Assembly: GCA_963825055.1 (NCBI GenBank) | Contig: CAWGSK010000034.1 | Span: 128,001 to 192,000 of the forward strand | DNA from: an uncultured Gemmatimonadales bacterium | GTDB taxonomy: Bacteria > Gemmatimonadota > Gemmatimonadetes > Gemmatimonadales > GWC2-71-9 | Reading direction: 5' to 3' | Length of the DNA: 64,000 nt | Part shown: positions 52,499-63,063 of the stretch, piece by piece | Layout of the letters: the number at the start of each line of letters is the position of its first letter | How positions within the stretch are numbered: the first letter of the stretch is position 1 | Notes under the pieces: generated by a model | What the model was told of the DNA's origin: nothing | Databases searched by the model: none | The model's input: only the letters and a program-made list of their open reading frames with translations | Program-made: the position numbers and the translations under genes

Positions 52499-53439
52499 CA
52501 GCGCTCCGCGACCTGGGTGCGGGCCTGCTCAACCTGCTCCCAGGCATGGTAGGAGGACCGCGTAAGGGGACTCGCCTCGACGTGCCGGAAACCCATCCGG
52601 AGGCCGATGTCCCGAAGCTCGGTGAATTCGTCAGGGGTGTAATAGCGCGTGATCGGGAGGTGGCCATCCGACGGGCGCAGGTACTGGCCCAGGGTCAGGA
52701 TGTTCACGTCGCTTTCGCGCAGGTCGCGCATGCAGGTGAGGATCTCGTCCCATTCCTCGCCCATGCCCAGGATCACGCCCGACTTGGTGAGGCCGTCCGG
52801 GGCCATGCGGCGCGCATTCGCCAGCACCTGGAGCGCGCGGGGGTACCGCCCCCCGGGGCGCGCCAGCCGGTACAGCCGCTCGGCGGTTTCCAGGTTGTGG
52901 TTCAGGATGTCCGGCCGCGCGTCCATCACGATCTGCAGTGCCCGCTCCGAGCCCTTGAAGTCCGGAATCAGCACTTCGACTGACGTGCCGGGCAGGCGGC
53001 GGTGAATCTCCGTGATGCACCCGGCGAACGCCTCCGCCCCGCCGTTGGGCAGGTCATCGCGGTCAACGCTCGTGATCACCACATGCTGCAGCCCCATCTC
53101 GGCAACCGCCTCCGCCAGCCGGACCGGTTCGACCGGATCGAATGGGGCCGGCGTGCCGTGAGCGACCGCGCAGTAAGCGCAGTTCCTGGTGCAGACATCG
53201 CCCAGGATCATGAACGTCGCCGCCTTGTGGTCCCAGCACTCGCCGATGTTCGGGCAGCGCGCTTCCTCGCACACGGTGTGGAGGCCCAGGTCCCGCATCA
53301 GCCCCTTGAGCCGGACGTAGTTCGGCCCGCCCGGCGCCTTGACCTTGAGCCAGGAGGGTTTCCGGACCGCCGCCTTGAGGGGAGTTCCCGCCCCGGTCGG
53401 GGGAGGAGTGCGGGTCAGTTGTACCAGCGGTATTGCCAT
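52498..53439 (-). CDS. lipA: Lipoyl synthase
   Basis: CEEARCPNIGEC, CTRNCAYC, RSSYHA. Confidence 0.98.
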   Translation of the reverse strand: MAIPLVQLTRTPPPTGAGTPLKAAVRKPSWLKVKAPGGPNYVRLKGLMRDLGLHTVCEEARCPNIGECWDHKAATFMILGDVCTRNCAYCAVAHGTPAPFDPVEPVRLAEAVAEMGLQHVVITSVDRDDLPNGGAEAFAGCITEIHRRLPGTSVEVLIPDFKGSERALQIVMDARPDILNHNLETAERLYRLARPGGRYPRALQVLANARRMAPDGLTKSGVILGMGEEWDEILTCMRDLRESDVNILTLGQYLRPSDGHLPITRYYTPDEFTELRDIGLRMGFRHVEASPLTRSSYHAWEQVEQARTQVAER

Positions 53440-53528
53440 GCAGCCTGTCCCGGCCCCGGTGCGCCGGGGCCCGTTGCGGTTGAGCCCGGTAAATTAGTCG
53501 GGGAGAATGAGATATGCCAAAGGCGGAC

Positions 53529-54716
53529 TCAGTCGCCGCCGGCGGCCTCCGCCTCGGCCAGCAGGCGTTCCACCGTCTCGTTGAATTCGCGGACCTGCTG
53601 TGTGTAGCGCGCGCCTGCCGCCGGCCCGTAGAACCCGGCGTGGATCTTCCGCACCCGGCCGTCCGGGCCGATGAAGATCGTGGTCGGATAACTGGTGAAG
53701 CCGGTCAGTTGCGGGAGGGTGGCAGCCGTCAGGTCGGTCTCGTTCTGGCCGGCGAGCAGCAGCGGGAAGGGAATACCGAACTTGTCGCGGAACCGGCGCA
53801 CCTGGCGGTTGTCGATGGCCGTGTCGCCGGTGACCTCATACGCGAGGCCGACCATCGCGAGCCCGCGGTCGTGCCAGGTCTCGTAGAGGTCGCGCAGGAC
53901 CGGGGCGGCGTCGTGGCAGGTGGGGCACCATGAACCGAAGATGTCCACCACGAGCACCTTTCCCCGGAAACGCGGGTCGTCCTGTGTCACCATCCTTCCC
54001 TCGAGATCAGGGAAGCGGAAGGTGAAGGGAGCGGGGTCCGCAGTCGTGAGGGTGGTAGGCTCCGCCAAGTGCGGCCCGCCGTCGCTCCTGACCGCCATCC
54101 ACGGAGTCTGTGTCCGGGCTCCGGCGTGAAAGAGGCCGCGCAGCGTGTCTCCGTCCAGCCGCCCGGTGATCATGTACACGAATGACCCGTCGAAGTGCGC
54201 GAGGCTGAAGCTGTCGGCGTCAGCCCTCCCCCAGAACAGGCCGTAGTCGCCCGTAGCCGAAAGCCAGGTGCCCTCCATGCCCTCTGGGGTGTTCCAGATG
54301 CGGAGCACGCGGGGAGGCCTGCGTCCGTCCAGCAGCATCCAGCCGTCCCAGCGCCCGGTGAGCGCAGCGGAAGCCGGCTCCGCGGGCCAGCGGCCGCGCG
54401 CCGCCCGGAACGGGATGCGCCTGGGGCCGCGGTTCCCCACGTTCCGGTAGACACCCACGAGGGAGTCTCCCGTGATTCGTGCGGAGATCGTGGCGTCGTA
54501 GTCCGCGATGTCGATCAGGACGGTGTCGCCCGCAACCGTCACGGATGACAGGGCGTCACAGCGCGAGCCGTTGCAGAGACGGCCGCCACCCGCACTGTCC
54601 ACCTCGAGCGTGAACCGGAGCGGCCCGCCCGCCAGGTCCAGCACGGCCCGCCACGGCCCGGCGGCACCCGGCGCCGCCAGCAGCCCGGCGGTGAGGAGGA
54701 GCGCATGCAGCATCAC
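53529..54716 (-). CDS. TlpA-family disulfide reductase with N-terminal beta domains
   Basis: GSWCPTC; SYPTTIFI; signal peptide. Confidence 0.85.
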   Translation of the reverse strand: MMLHALLLTAGLLAAPGAAGPWRAVLDLAGGPLRFTLEVDSAGGGRLCNGSRCDALSSVTVAGDTVLIDIADYDATISARITGDSLVGVYRNVGNRGPRRIPFRAARGRWPAEPASAALTGRWDGWMLLDGRRPPRVLRIWNTPEGMEGTWLSATGDYGLFWGRADADSFSLAHFDGSFVYMITGRLDGDTLRGLFHAGARTQTPWMAVRSDGGPHLAEPTTLTTADPAPFTFRFPDLEGRMVTQDDPRFRGKVLVVDIFGSWCPTCHDAAPVLRDLYETWHDRGLAMVGLAYEVTGDTAIDNRQVRRFRDKFGIPFPLLLAGQNETDLTAATLPQLTGFTSYPTTIFIGPDGRVRKIHAGFYGPAAGARYTQQVREFNETVERLLAEAEAAGGD

Positions 54717-55522
54717 TCCGCCTCGTGCGGGGCGTAGCGCTCGCCGGCCTCGATGGGGATGGCCAGCGTATTCCCCGGCCAGGGGGCGGGACAGGCATAG
54801 ACGGTACTGTAGGCGCAGAAGGGGTTGCGGGAACGGTTGAAGTCGAGGCGGAAGCGATCGGCAGCCACGGGTTCCAGGGTAACGAAGCGTCCGGCAGGGT
54901 AGCTCCCGTGGTCACTGGTCGCGTCCCGGAAGTAGATGGTCAGTTCCCGTTCTTCGGTGCCGGGTATGGGAACGCGGTAGACCTGGAGCGAGGCCGGTCC
55001 CTCCGCGGTCGGGATCCGGACCTGCCCGGCGATCGTCGCTTCCACCTCGACGCCGTCCATGGTCAGGATCATCCGGCGTGCCGGTTCGCGAGGCGGGACC
55101 AGCGGCCCGGTGAAGACCATGTCGTCTCGCCAGGGATACCAGGCCGGTGGTTCGGCCCCGGTGGGATCGCCATACACGGTGAGCACCGACCGGCCCGGGA
55201 GTCCGGACGCCTGGAGCTTCCATCGCCCGATCGGCAGCTGCCGGCTGCGGGGAACGAGCCGTTCGGCACCTGCGCTGCTGATCCGGACGACGCCGTTCTG
55301 CTCCTTCACCGTTGTCCGGGGCATGCCTTCCAGCGGGATATCGGTTCCGTCCGGGCCGAGCACCAGCCCTTCGCCCACCGCGGCACGGGCCACCGCGGCG
55401 TAAGGCGAGTTGTCTCCCGTGACCAGCCACCTGGCCAGGTCGGTGCGTTCGGCCTGCACCGCTGGCGGCGTCTGCGCCGCCAGAAGCCCTGGCACAAGTG
55501 TGAAAAGGAAGAGGAGTCGCAT
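54713..55522 (-). CDS. DUF1684-domain protein
   Basis: FRDATS..SYPAGRF, LDFNRSRNPFCAYS..CP..N..GE; TATAAT 6 nt before the ATG. Confidence 0.88.
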   Translation of the reverse strand: MRLLFLFTLVPGLLAAQTPPAVQAERTDLARWLVTGDNSPYAAVARAAVGEGLVLGPDGTDIPLEGMPRTTVKEQNGVVRISSAGAERLVPRSRQLPIGRWKLQASGLPGRSVLTVYGDPTGAEPPAWYPWRDDMVFTGPLVPPREPARRMILTMDGVEVEATIAGQVRIPTAEGPASLQVYRVPIPGTEERELTIYFRDATSDHGSYPAGRFVTLEPVAADRFRLDFNRSRNPFCAYSTVYACPAPWPGNTLAIPIEAGERYAPHEAE

Positions 55523-55617
55523 GCTTCCATTATAAGCGCGCCGGGTGGTACCCTGGTCGGGGTCGCCGGCGCGTTCACATCGCACCCGGGCGCAGGTGGG
55601 AAGGATGCCCGCGTGGA

Positions 55618-56717
55618 TTACCAGTCGAAGAAGCGTTCGGGCCGGAATGGCGTGAGGTGGTCGTCCACCTGGCCGGACGTGATCTGCTCGGACAGGAGGA
55701 GCCCGGTGATGCCGGCGAGGAGGATGCCGTTACGGCCGTGGCCGGTAGCGTACCAGAGGCCGCGGGACATGGGCTCGGGGCCGATGATCGGCAGCCCGTC
55801 GGGGGTGACCGGCCTCAGTCCCGCCCAGGTCCGGCGCACCTCCGACTGGGCGAGGGCGGGAAGCAGTTCTGTTACCGCGTTGAATATGCGGGCGAGGCCC
55901 GCCGAGGTGACCTCGGCGTCGAATCCCGCGTGCTCCATGGTGGAGCCGGCAAGCGCTTCCCCCCCCGGGCCATCAGATAGCAGTGACGTCCGTACACGAT
56001 GCTTCGTTCCAGGTCCGCGGGCCAGGGCAGGGCGGCCATCTGGCCTCGGATCGGCACCACTGGCAGCGGCCGGGGGACCCCTGTGATGAGGCCGCTCCAG
56101 GCGCCGGCCGCGATGACGACCTCGCCGGCGGGATAGCGTTCCTTCCCCACCGCGCCCGTGACGCGCTCGCCGCGGCATTCGAGCGACGTGATGGTGTCCT
56201 GGACGATGCGCGCACCGTGGCTTGCTGCGTCGGCCAGCAGCGCCTTGACCAGACTGCCGGGGTCCAGCGCCCCATCATGCGGAGCCCAGAGCGCACCATG
56301 CGTGACCCGGAGCCAGGGCCAGCGGGTTCGGGCTTCCTCCTCGTCGAACCAGTCGCAGATGTGTCCCTGCTGCCGCTGCCACGCGACCCGGGACTTGAGT
56401 TCCGCCACCTCGTCCTCGGTGGTGGCTACCCGTGCGATCCCCTCCTGCCAGAGACCCACGTCGATCCCGGTCGACTCCAGCAGCTCTTCCGAGAGTTCGC
56501 GATAACGCTCGCGGCCGGCGAGCCCGAAATCGAAGAGCGGATCGTCCGGTCCCGCCTCGATCTGGGGCGCGAGCATGCCGGCGGCCGCCCGCCACGCGTC
56601 ACCCTGGTCGTCGCTACGGTCGACCACGAGAACGCTGCGTCCGGCCCGGGCCAGTTCGCGCGCGCAGGCAGCGCCTATGGCGCCGCCTCCTACGATGACA
56701 ATATCTTGCGATTGCAT
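55618..56717 (-). pseudogene. thiO: Glycine oxidase ThiO-like FAD oxidoreductase, frameshifted in a G8 run near 55960
   Basis: GGGAIG, AAAGMLAP and AAGAWS in one frame; GSTME, WAGLRP and GHGRNGILLA in another. One extra G restores the frame. Confidence 0.82.
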
Positions 56718-56795
56718 CACTTAGGACTCTACGAAACTTTTTGAAACGTTATCCCGTACGTGTGGCTGAGCCTGTTTCCGTGGAGGAAAATAGCA

Positions 56796-57020
56796 ATGTT
56801 CCGGACGCTCGTCGGGTTTGCGGCAGTCGCCGTCGTAGGAATCCTGGCCCTGAAGCTCCTCTTCGGACTTCTCGGGTTCGCGATCAGTCTGTTCTTTACC
56901 CTGCTCTGGTGGGCATTCATCGGGTTCGTGATCTATATGATCATCAAGATCATCAGCCCGTCCACCGCACGCAGCATCCGGGAGATGATCACCGGAAAAC
57001 CGGAGGGCACCGCAGCCTGA
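56796..57020 (+). CDS. Small two-TM membrane protein
   Basis: GGAGG RBS; 74 aa; strongly hydrophobic. Confidence 0.75.
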   Translation: MFRTLVGFAAVAVVGILALKLLFGLLGFAISLFFTLLWWAFIGFVIYMIIKIISPSTARSIREMITGKPEGTAA

Positions 57021-57080
57021 CCGGCGGTGCCTGAGGAGCGCGGGGACGAGGGCCGGAAGGCCTTCGTCCCCGCGCGCGTT

Positions 57081-57527
57081 TCAGGGCGTGGAGCTGTGGA
57101 TGTGGAGTATCCGCCAGCGCCCGGTCGCGCGGTCCCGGCCCAGGATGAATGTTGCCCGGCCCTCATGGGCGGTGTGGTCCGGTGCCAGGCAGCGGTAGTC
57201 AAGCACGGCCCACGCCGTGGGCCCCTGCGACCAGGACCGGCTCTGGGTGATGGAGACCTGGCAGTCGGGGACGATCCCCGCCATCCGCGGGTATCCCTGC
57301 TGGAACGTCCCGTCCACGATGAACACCGCATCCGGCCCGTAGAGGCTGTCGGCGAGGTCGACGCGGGATTCGGCGCGGAGGGCCTCCGTGATGACGGCAT
57401 TGGCGTCGGACTCGGCGCCCGGTGCCTGGTCGTTGATGACCGGCATGCGGGGTGGCGAGGTACCGCGCGCGCAGGCGCCGAGCAGGAGGATCGCGCCGGT
57501 GAGCCGGGTCACGCGCGTACGGGTCAC
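57081..57527 (-). CDS. NTF2/SnoaL-like lipoprotein
   Basis: Lipobox LGAC; C-terminal GRATFIL..WRILHIHSS. Confidence 0.7.
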   Translation of the reverse strand: MTRTRVTRLTGAILLLGACARGTSPPRMPVINDQAPGAESDANAVITEALRAESRVDLADSLYGPDAVFIVDGTFQQGYPRMAGIVPDCQVSITQSRSWSQGPTAWAVLDYRCLAPDHTAHEGRATFILGRDRATGRWRILHIHSSTP

Positions 57528-58489
57528 CCCTCCGGCTGCTCCAGCCGGTCCAGCACTCCCCAGAACAGCAGTGGCAGCATGATTTCGTGGTGGCCGGTGA
57601 GCTGGATGCCGGTGCCGTTATTTCGTGTCGGCCGTTCCACCACGTTGACCCTCGGGCGGTAGTGGCGCTGCATGTCGAAGTCAGCCGCGAGGAAGCCGGT
57701 CGGTCGCCCGCCCTCCAGGTTGCGGCATACGGTGAGCGCCTTGAGGAAGACCTCGGGCATGATCACGGCACTGCCGAGGTTCAGTACGGCCCCGCCCTGG
57801 TCCAGGTCGAGCACGGCGCCCGCGAGCCGGCGGAAGTCGCGATGACTGGTCGCCCCGATCGCGGCGCCGTCCGCGGAAGGATGCTGGTGTGTGATCTCGG
57901 CACCGATCGCCGCGTGCACGGTCACGCCGACCTCGTGTTCCCGGCAGGCGAGCAGCACCGAGACACCCGGGTCGGCGTTGCCCTTCCGCGCGGCGAGATG
58001 GCGGGCGAACCCTTCGCCCAGGCCGAGCCCGTCACGCGCGGCTGACGATGCGGCGGCATTCATTTCGGCCCCGGTCTCTTCCGCCATCCCGAAGGTCCCG
58101 TCGCCGAGACCCTCAGCCACGTCTTCGCTCGTCCCGCCGAACGCGGCAAGCTCGAAGTCATGGATGGCGGCTGCGCCGTTCATGGCCACATGGGTGACGA
58201 CACCGCGCCGGATCCAGTCGGCCAGCAGCGGGCCCATGCCGACCTTGATTACGTGCCCGCCAAGCAGGAGGATCACGCCACGTCCGTCGCGGCAGGCCTG
58301 GGCAACGTGCGTGACCACACGTCGGAGGTCGCGCGCGGCGAGGATGTCCGGCAGGCTGTCGAGGAAGGCATGGAACGAACGGTCCCCGCCCGGAATCCGG
58401 GCGAGGAGCTCGTCCGCGACCTTGTTCTTCCGCCCCGCGATGGGGACGGTACGGAGTCGGCTGAAGTCCGGCTCGCGATAGGGGGCCAT
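57524..58489 (-). CDS. Deoxyhypusine-synthase-like (GSU2086-type) protein
   Basis: LGGHVIKVG, NGAAAIHDFE, TSEDV..GTFGMAEETG, GSAVIMPEVFLKA, GHHEIM. Confidence 0.7.
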   Translation of the reverse strand: MAPYREPDFSRLRTVPIAGRKNKVADELLARIPGGDRSFHAFLDSLPDILAARDLRRVVTHVAQACRDGRGVILLLGGHVIKVGMGPLLADWIRRGVVTHVAMNGAAAIHDFELAAFGGTSEDVAEGLGDGTFGMAEETGAEMNAAASSAARDGLGLGEGFARHLAARKGNADPGVSVLLACREHEVGVTVHAAIGAEITHQHPSADGAAIGATSHRDFRRLAGAVLDLDQGGAVLNLGSAVIMPEVFLKALTVCRNLEGGRPTGFLAADFDMQRHYRPRVNVVERPTRNNGTGIQLTGHHEIMLPLLFWGVLDRLEQPEG

Positions 58490-59241
58490 CAGGTCGGGGT
58501 CGTCACCGGGACGTCGGGCAGGACCATGTCCTCCAGTTGCAGGGTCACGGTACCGAACATGAACTTCGACTTGATGCGTACCGGGATCCGGCGCGCGTCA
58601 TCCGTGAGCCAGATCCGCGCCTCAGCCCTCGGCGCGAACATGCCACGTTCGCCCACGATCGGCCGGATCACGAGGCACTGGGTCTTCACGTCACCCGGCA
58701 GTTCGCACTTCTCCCGCTTTTCCACCCTCACGATCACCGGGTTGCGGTCCTGGTGAAAATACCGGTCGTACTTGTACGTCCGTCCCACCTCGAGCGGGGT
58801 GAAACGGATGAAGTAGAAGAAGGCCGCGTCGTCGAGCGGATTGGCCGGGGAGGCCTTCGTCTCGTCCTTCACCCGCTCGTGGAACAGGCCGCTGTCGGGA
58901 AAGATGTCGTAGACCCGATGGCGGATCTTGCCGTCCTCGTCGAAATCCTGCTCGAACTTGAGGGAACGGAAGCCCTGCACCGATACCCAGCTGCGCATCA
59001 CGTTGTTGATGTCGAACCCGAGCGTGCCGCCCTCGAGCTCGAACCTCATGCGAAAGGCCTCCTGGCCCCGCAGCGTGTCCATCGCGGCTACCTGCATCGC
59101 AGCCCGGCCCAGCTTGATGATGCCGAGCTTGGCGGAATAGGAGAAGGACTCCCCGACCTGGAAAGGATAATCCGGCACCGTGGGCGCCTGTGGCGCGGCG
59201 GCGGCCTGCAGCAGGGCCAGCGTAATAAGCATCCCGTTCAC
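58489..59241 (-). CDS. DUF3108-domain secreted protein
   Basis: PFQVGESFSY, IWLTDDARRIPVRI; GTG start overlapping the GT2 stop. Confidence 0.8.
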   Translation of the reverse strand: MNGMLITLALLQAAAAPQAPTVPDYPFQVGESFSYSAKLGIIKLGRAAMQVAAMDTLRGQEAFRMRFELEGGTLGFDINNVMRSWVSVQGFRSLKFEQDFDEDGKIRHRVYDIFPDSGLFHERVKDETKASPANPLDDAAFFYFIRFTPLEVGRTYKYDRYFHQDRNPVIVRVEKREKCELPGDVKTQCLVIRPIVGERGMFAPRAEARIWLTDDARRIPVRIKSKFMFGTVTLQLEDMVLPDVPVTTPT

Positions 59242-60026
59242 CGGGCAACCTCCTCTGGTGTCCGACGCGGGGCAGTCCCGGTCGGCGCCACCACCGCAGG
59301 TGGAGGCATCCGGAGCCGGCGTCTGGCGTGCCACACCCCGCGCAGCGTCCGCCACGGATCGTGCCTCGTGGGCCGCTGCCGGATGTCGCGCCGCTCGACG
59401 GCGTCGATCGTTTCGATCCGCCGTGCCGCCGCGGCCGCGCGCGCGAACAGTTCAGCGTTCGCGGCCCAGCCGTCGGTCGTCAGGAGCGGACCGTCATGCG
59501 CGCGGAAGGCATTCCGCAGCGTCACCAGTCGGAAGGCGGCAAACCCCGACACCACGTCCTGCACCCCGGGAACCCGGACGGCCGGCCGCAGCAGCCAGGG
59601 CGCGATCCGGCGGACCCAGCGCAGGGCCCTGGAAGGTTCCCCTTCTACAGTCCCGTCCGCCACCACCATGTCGGCGCCGCTTTCGATCTGGCGGACGAGA
59701 TCAGGTAGGAATTCCGTGCCATGACTGAAATCGGCGTGCATGATGATGGCGCAGTCCCGCCTGGGGCGGTCCGTCCGCTCCACGGCCAGCCGGAGCAGCT
59801 CCTCCAGTGTGGCGGCATACCCGAGGCGGGTCGCATGCCGTGTGACTGTCAGGGGCAGGACACGGGCATACGGTTCCAGCACCTCCGCCGTGGTGTCGGT
59901 GGAGGCATCGTCGCCCACGAGCAACTGGTACTCCCGCGGAAACTCGGTGAAGGTTCGACGGATCTTCCAGAGCAGCAGGCCCACCGTCTGCGCTTCGTCA
60001 TGGCTCGGAATACAAATGTAAATCAC
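59238..60026 (-). CDS. GT2-family glycosyltransferase-like protein (degenerate DxD)
   Basis: ICIPSHDE, DDASTDTT, IMHADFSH, DVVSGF. Confidence 0.82.
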   Translation of the reverse strand: MIYICIPSHDEAQTVGLLLWKIRRTFTEFPREYQLLVGDDASTDTTAEVLEPYARVLPLTVTRHATRLGYAATLEELLRLAVERTDRPRRDCAIIMHADFSHGTEFLPDLVRQIESGADMVVADGTVEGEPSRALRWVRRIAPWLLRPAVRVPGVQDVVSGFAAFRLVTLRNAFRAHDGPLLTTDGWAANAELFARAAAAARRIETIDAVERRDIRQRPTRHDPWRTLRGVWHARRRLRMPPPAVVAPTGTAPRRTPEEVAR

Positions 60027-60032
60027 TATATT

Positions 60033-61103
60033 TCAACCGGTTACAGATACAGAACGATATACTTCGAGCACCGATTCCGCCATCCTCGTGTCGCTCCACG
60101 ATTCGACGACCTGTTGCGCGGCCGACAGAATTCTCTCGCGTAGCGCGGTGTCGGTCAACAGCGATACGACCGCGTGACCGAGCCCGGCCGCGTCCCCCAC
60201 CTCCACCAGCAGTCCAGCCCCACCGTCCAGGATCTCCGGGATGCCACCAGCGCGCGTCGCGGCCACGGGAATGCCGAGGGCCAGGGCGTCCAGGACGGAG
60301 GTGCCGAGACCCTCTTCCCGGGAGCTCATGACGAAGACGTCCGCGTCGGCGATGAGGGCCCGTCCGTCGGGAATCTGTCCGACCATGTGGACACGGTCGT
60401 CCAGCCCGCGCGACGAGATCTCGCGACCGAGGATATCCCGAAGATCTCCCTCTCCTGCCACCACCCAGTGCAGGGTGGGGAAGGTGTCCCGCGCATGCGC
60501 CGCGGCGGCAATGAGGGTTGCCTGGTCCTTGTGCCCGACCAGCGCGGCGACGTTGACCGCGAGGGGGGTGCCCGGCGCGAGCCCGAGGCGGGCGCGGATC
60601 CCGAGCGGCGAGACGGCACGAACCTCTTCCAGGGCGATGCCGGAGTGGACGACGGTGATCCGGTCCGCCGGAATCCCGTCACTCACCAGCACGCGCTCGA
60701 CCGCATGGGAGATGGCGATGACCCGGTCGGCCCTCGCCCAGAAGAAACGGCGACGCAGGTGGAAGTCCACGCGTCGCGTGACCACCAGCGGGGCGCCGGT
60801 CAGTCGCGCCGCTGCCCCGGCCAGGGTGAGCGCGTGCGCGTCATGGGCATGGAGGACGCGCAGGCCATCCCGGCTCTCGGCGCGCGCAGCCAGGAGGACG
60901 CGCGGGTCGAGCGCCCCGCGCCACGGGACGGCACGCACCGGTACGCCCGAGGCCTCGAGCCGGGATGCCAGCAGGCTCCCGGCGCCCGTCACCACGACCT
61001 GCGGCACGTCGAGGCGTGCCAGGGCGCGCGCCAGGAGCCACACCTGGTTCTGTCCGCCGCGCCATTCCCGTCCGGACGCGACGTGCACGATGCCTGGGGT
61101 CAT
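60033..61103 (-). CDS. GT4-family glycosyltransferase
   Basis: WRGGQNQ, HAHDAHA, SSREEGLGTSVLDA, AGGIPE. Confidence 0.92.
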   Translation of the reverse strand: MTPGIVHVASGREWRGGQNQVWLLARALARLDVPQVVVTGAGSLLASRLEASGVPVRAVPWRGALDPRVLLAARAESRDGLRVLHAHDAHALTLAGAAARLTGAPLVVTRRVDFHLRRRFFWARADRVIAISHAVERVLVSDGIPADRITVVHSGIALEEVRAVSPLGIRARLGLAPGTPLAVNVAALVGHKDQATLIAAAAHARDTFPTLHWVVAGEGDLRDILGREISSRGLDDRVHMVGQIPDGRALIADADVFVMSSREEGLGTSVLDALALGIPVAATRAGGIPEILDGGAGLLVEVGDAAGLGHAVVSLLTDTALRERILSAAQQVVESWSDTRMAESVLEVYRSVSVTG

Positions 61104-63058
61104 GCCGGATCGTCGGGGGAAGTCGTGCGGGCGTTGTGTGCGCTGGCCAGCACGGCCCGGAGCTCGGCGAGGCTGAACGGCTTGTTGAGGTAGGGTTTGC
61201 CTTCCTGCTCGAGGAAGTCCATCGTATCGCCCCGGACCGTGTCGCCCGTGCTGAAAACCACGCGCGCGGCACGCGCCGGATCGGCTTCCGACAGCGCTTC
61301 GAAGAACTCGCGTCCGCCCACCCGCGGCATGCGGAGATCGGAGATGATAAGGTCGAAATCGCCCGACATCGCCTGGATGAGAGCCTCCTCGCCGTCGGCT
61401 GCGACGGTCACCCGGTGTCCCCAGGCTTCGAGTGTCGTGCGCAGGTAATGCAGGATGTGCGGCTCGTCGTCCACTGCGAGGATGTCGAGCGGCGGGACAT
61501 CCACCGGCCCGGACGTGGGTCCCGACGCCCGGGCCGGGCCCTCGGAGGGGTCGCCGGCGGGGAGCAGGATCCGGAACGTGGTGCCGCGGCCGGGGATGCT
61601 CGTCACCTCGATAGTGCCGCCGTGGTCGTGAATAATGTCACGGCAGATGGTGAGTCCGAGCCCGGTGCCTTCACCGTCGGGTTTGGTGGTGAAGAAGGGC
61701 TCGAAGATCCGGTCCTGCACCTCCGGCGGTATTCCGGTGCCCGTGTCGGTCACGCTGATCGCGACCTGCTCGCCAGCCAGGCTTGCCTCGAGATGGATCA
61801 TGCCGGACTGCCCCGTCGCCGAGACGGCGTGCGCTGCGTTGCCGAGCAGGTTGATGAGGACCTGCTGGATCCGGTTGGCCTGCACCAGGACCGGGGGGAG
61901 GCCTTCTTCCACGCTGATCTCGAGTTCAACGTGGTGGGCGAGCAGGTGATTCCGGAGAAGTCCGCGGGTGCCTTCCACCATCCGCTCGACGTCCACGTGC
62001 CGCCGGGTCCCGTCCCCTTTCCGTGCGAAGCCGAGCAGGTTGCGGACGATGGTGGACGCGTGCACGGCCTCCTCCTGGATCACGCGCAGGGGCTCCCGGA
62101 GCGCGGGTGGCACCTCGGGGGACTCCGCCAGGAAGTCGGCGAAGCCGAGCACGCTTGCCAGCGGGTTGTTGAGGTCGTGTGCAATGCCTGCGACCAGCTG
62201 TCCCACGGCGGCGAGTTTCTGTGACTGGAGCAGTTGCTCCTGGAGCTGGCGCTGCCGGTGGCGGTCCTCGAAATGGAGGACGGTGAGTCCCCCGGTGCCC
62301 GAGCGTCGCGCGCTCACCCGCCAGGCGCCATCGGTGGCAGGCAGATCGATGCCGGCACCATTCTGTTCGAGGGCCGCGCTGACGCCGTCGCGCCAGGCCG
62401 GCGGGACCAGGGCGAGCCAGGGTCGCCCGGTGACGCCCTCCGCCGGGACGTTTACCAGGCGGGCGAATTCCAGGTTGGATCGGCGGACCCGTCCTGCCTG
62501 GTCTATGATGCAGAGCGGGACGTGAAGCGCGTCCACGGCCTCGGCCCACGTGCGTTTCCCGCTCTCGACCTGGTCGACCAGCCTCGCGCTCTCCAGGGCA
62601 AGGCTCGCCTGGGCGACAAACGCCTCGACCAGTGCGACGTCATCGTCGGTGAAGGGCGGGGCATCGCGCCCGAGGGCCAGGGCCCCGATGATCACGCTCT
62701 TGGAGATGATCGGCGCCGCGATCCAGGCGCGGGGAGCGCCGGCCGGCAGGCGCTCCGCTTCCTCGGGCGCGAGCACGAGCGGGCCGCGGCGCATCCCGGT
62801 ATCGAGCAGCGGAACCAGGTATGGATCTCGTTCCGGGTCGCCGTGACGCACTTCCAGGCGGTCGGAGTCGACATCATACAGACTGAGGCCACAGATCCGG
62901 GCGCTGAAGTGCCTGGCGAGCGTCTCCATCAGGGTATCGATGATCGAGGGCGGACGGAGGGTTCCCGCAAGGTCCCGGGCCAGCCGGGTCAGGGCCCCGA
63001 GGTCCCGGCGGTCATCGTCGGCACGGCGATTGCGGGGAAATTCAGGCGAGGAGGTCAT
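61100..63058 (-). CDS. Cytoplasmic hybrid histidine kinase (GAF-PAS-HisKA-HATPase-REC)
   Basis: AHDLNNPL, NLLGNA, DTGTGI, FFTTK..GTGLGL; receiver VDDE..SDLRMP..KPF. Confidence 0.93.
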   Translation of the reverse strand: MTSSPEFPRNRRADDDRRDLGALTRLARDLAGTLRPPSIIDTLMETLARHFSARICGLSLYDVDSDRLEVRHGDPERDPYLVPLLDTGMRRGPLVLAPEEAERLPAGAPRAWIAAPIISKSVIIGALALGRDAPPFTDDDVALVEAFVAQASLALESARLVDQVESGKRTWAEAVDALHVPLCIIDQAGRVRRSNLEFARLVNVPAEGVTGRPWLALVPPAWRDGVSAALEQNGAGIDLPATDGAWRVSARRSGTGGLTVLHFEDRHRQRQLQEQLLQSQKLAAVGQLVAGIAHDLNNPLASVLGFADFLAESPEVPPALREPLRVIQEEAVHASTIVRNLLGFARKGDGTRRHVDVERMVEGTRGLLRNHLLAHHVELEISVEEGLPPVLVQANRIQQVLINLLGNAAHAVSATGQSGMIHLEASLAGEQVAISVTDTGTGIPPEVQDRIFEPFFTTKPDGEGTGLGLTICRDIIHDHGGTIEVTSIPGRGTTFRILLPAGDPSEGPARASGPTSGPVDVPPLDILAVDDEPHILHYLRTTLEAWGHRVTVAADGEEALIQAMSGDFDLIISDLRMPRVGGREFFEALSEADPARAARVVFSTGDTVRGDTMDFLEQEGKPYLNKPFSLAELRAVLASAHNARTTSPDDPA

Positions 63059-63063
63059 TACTG

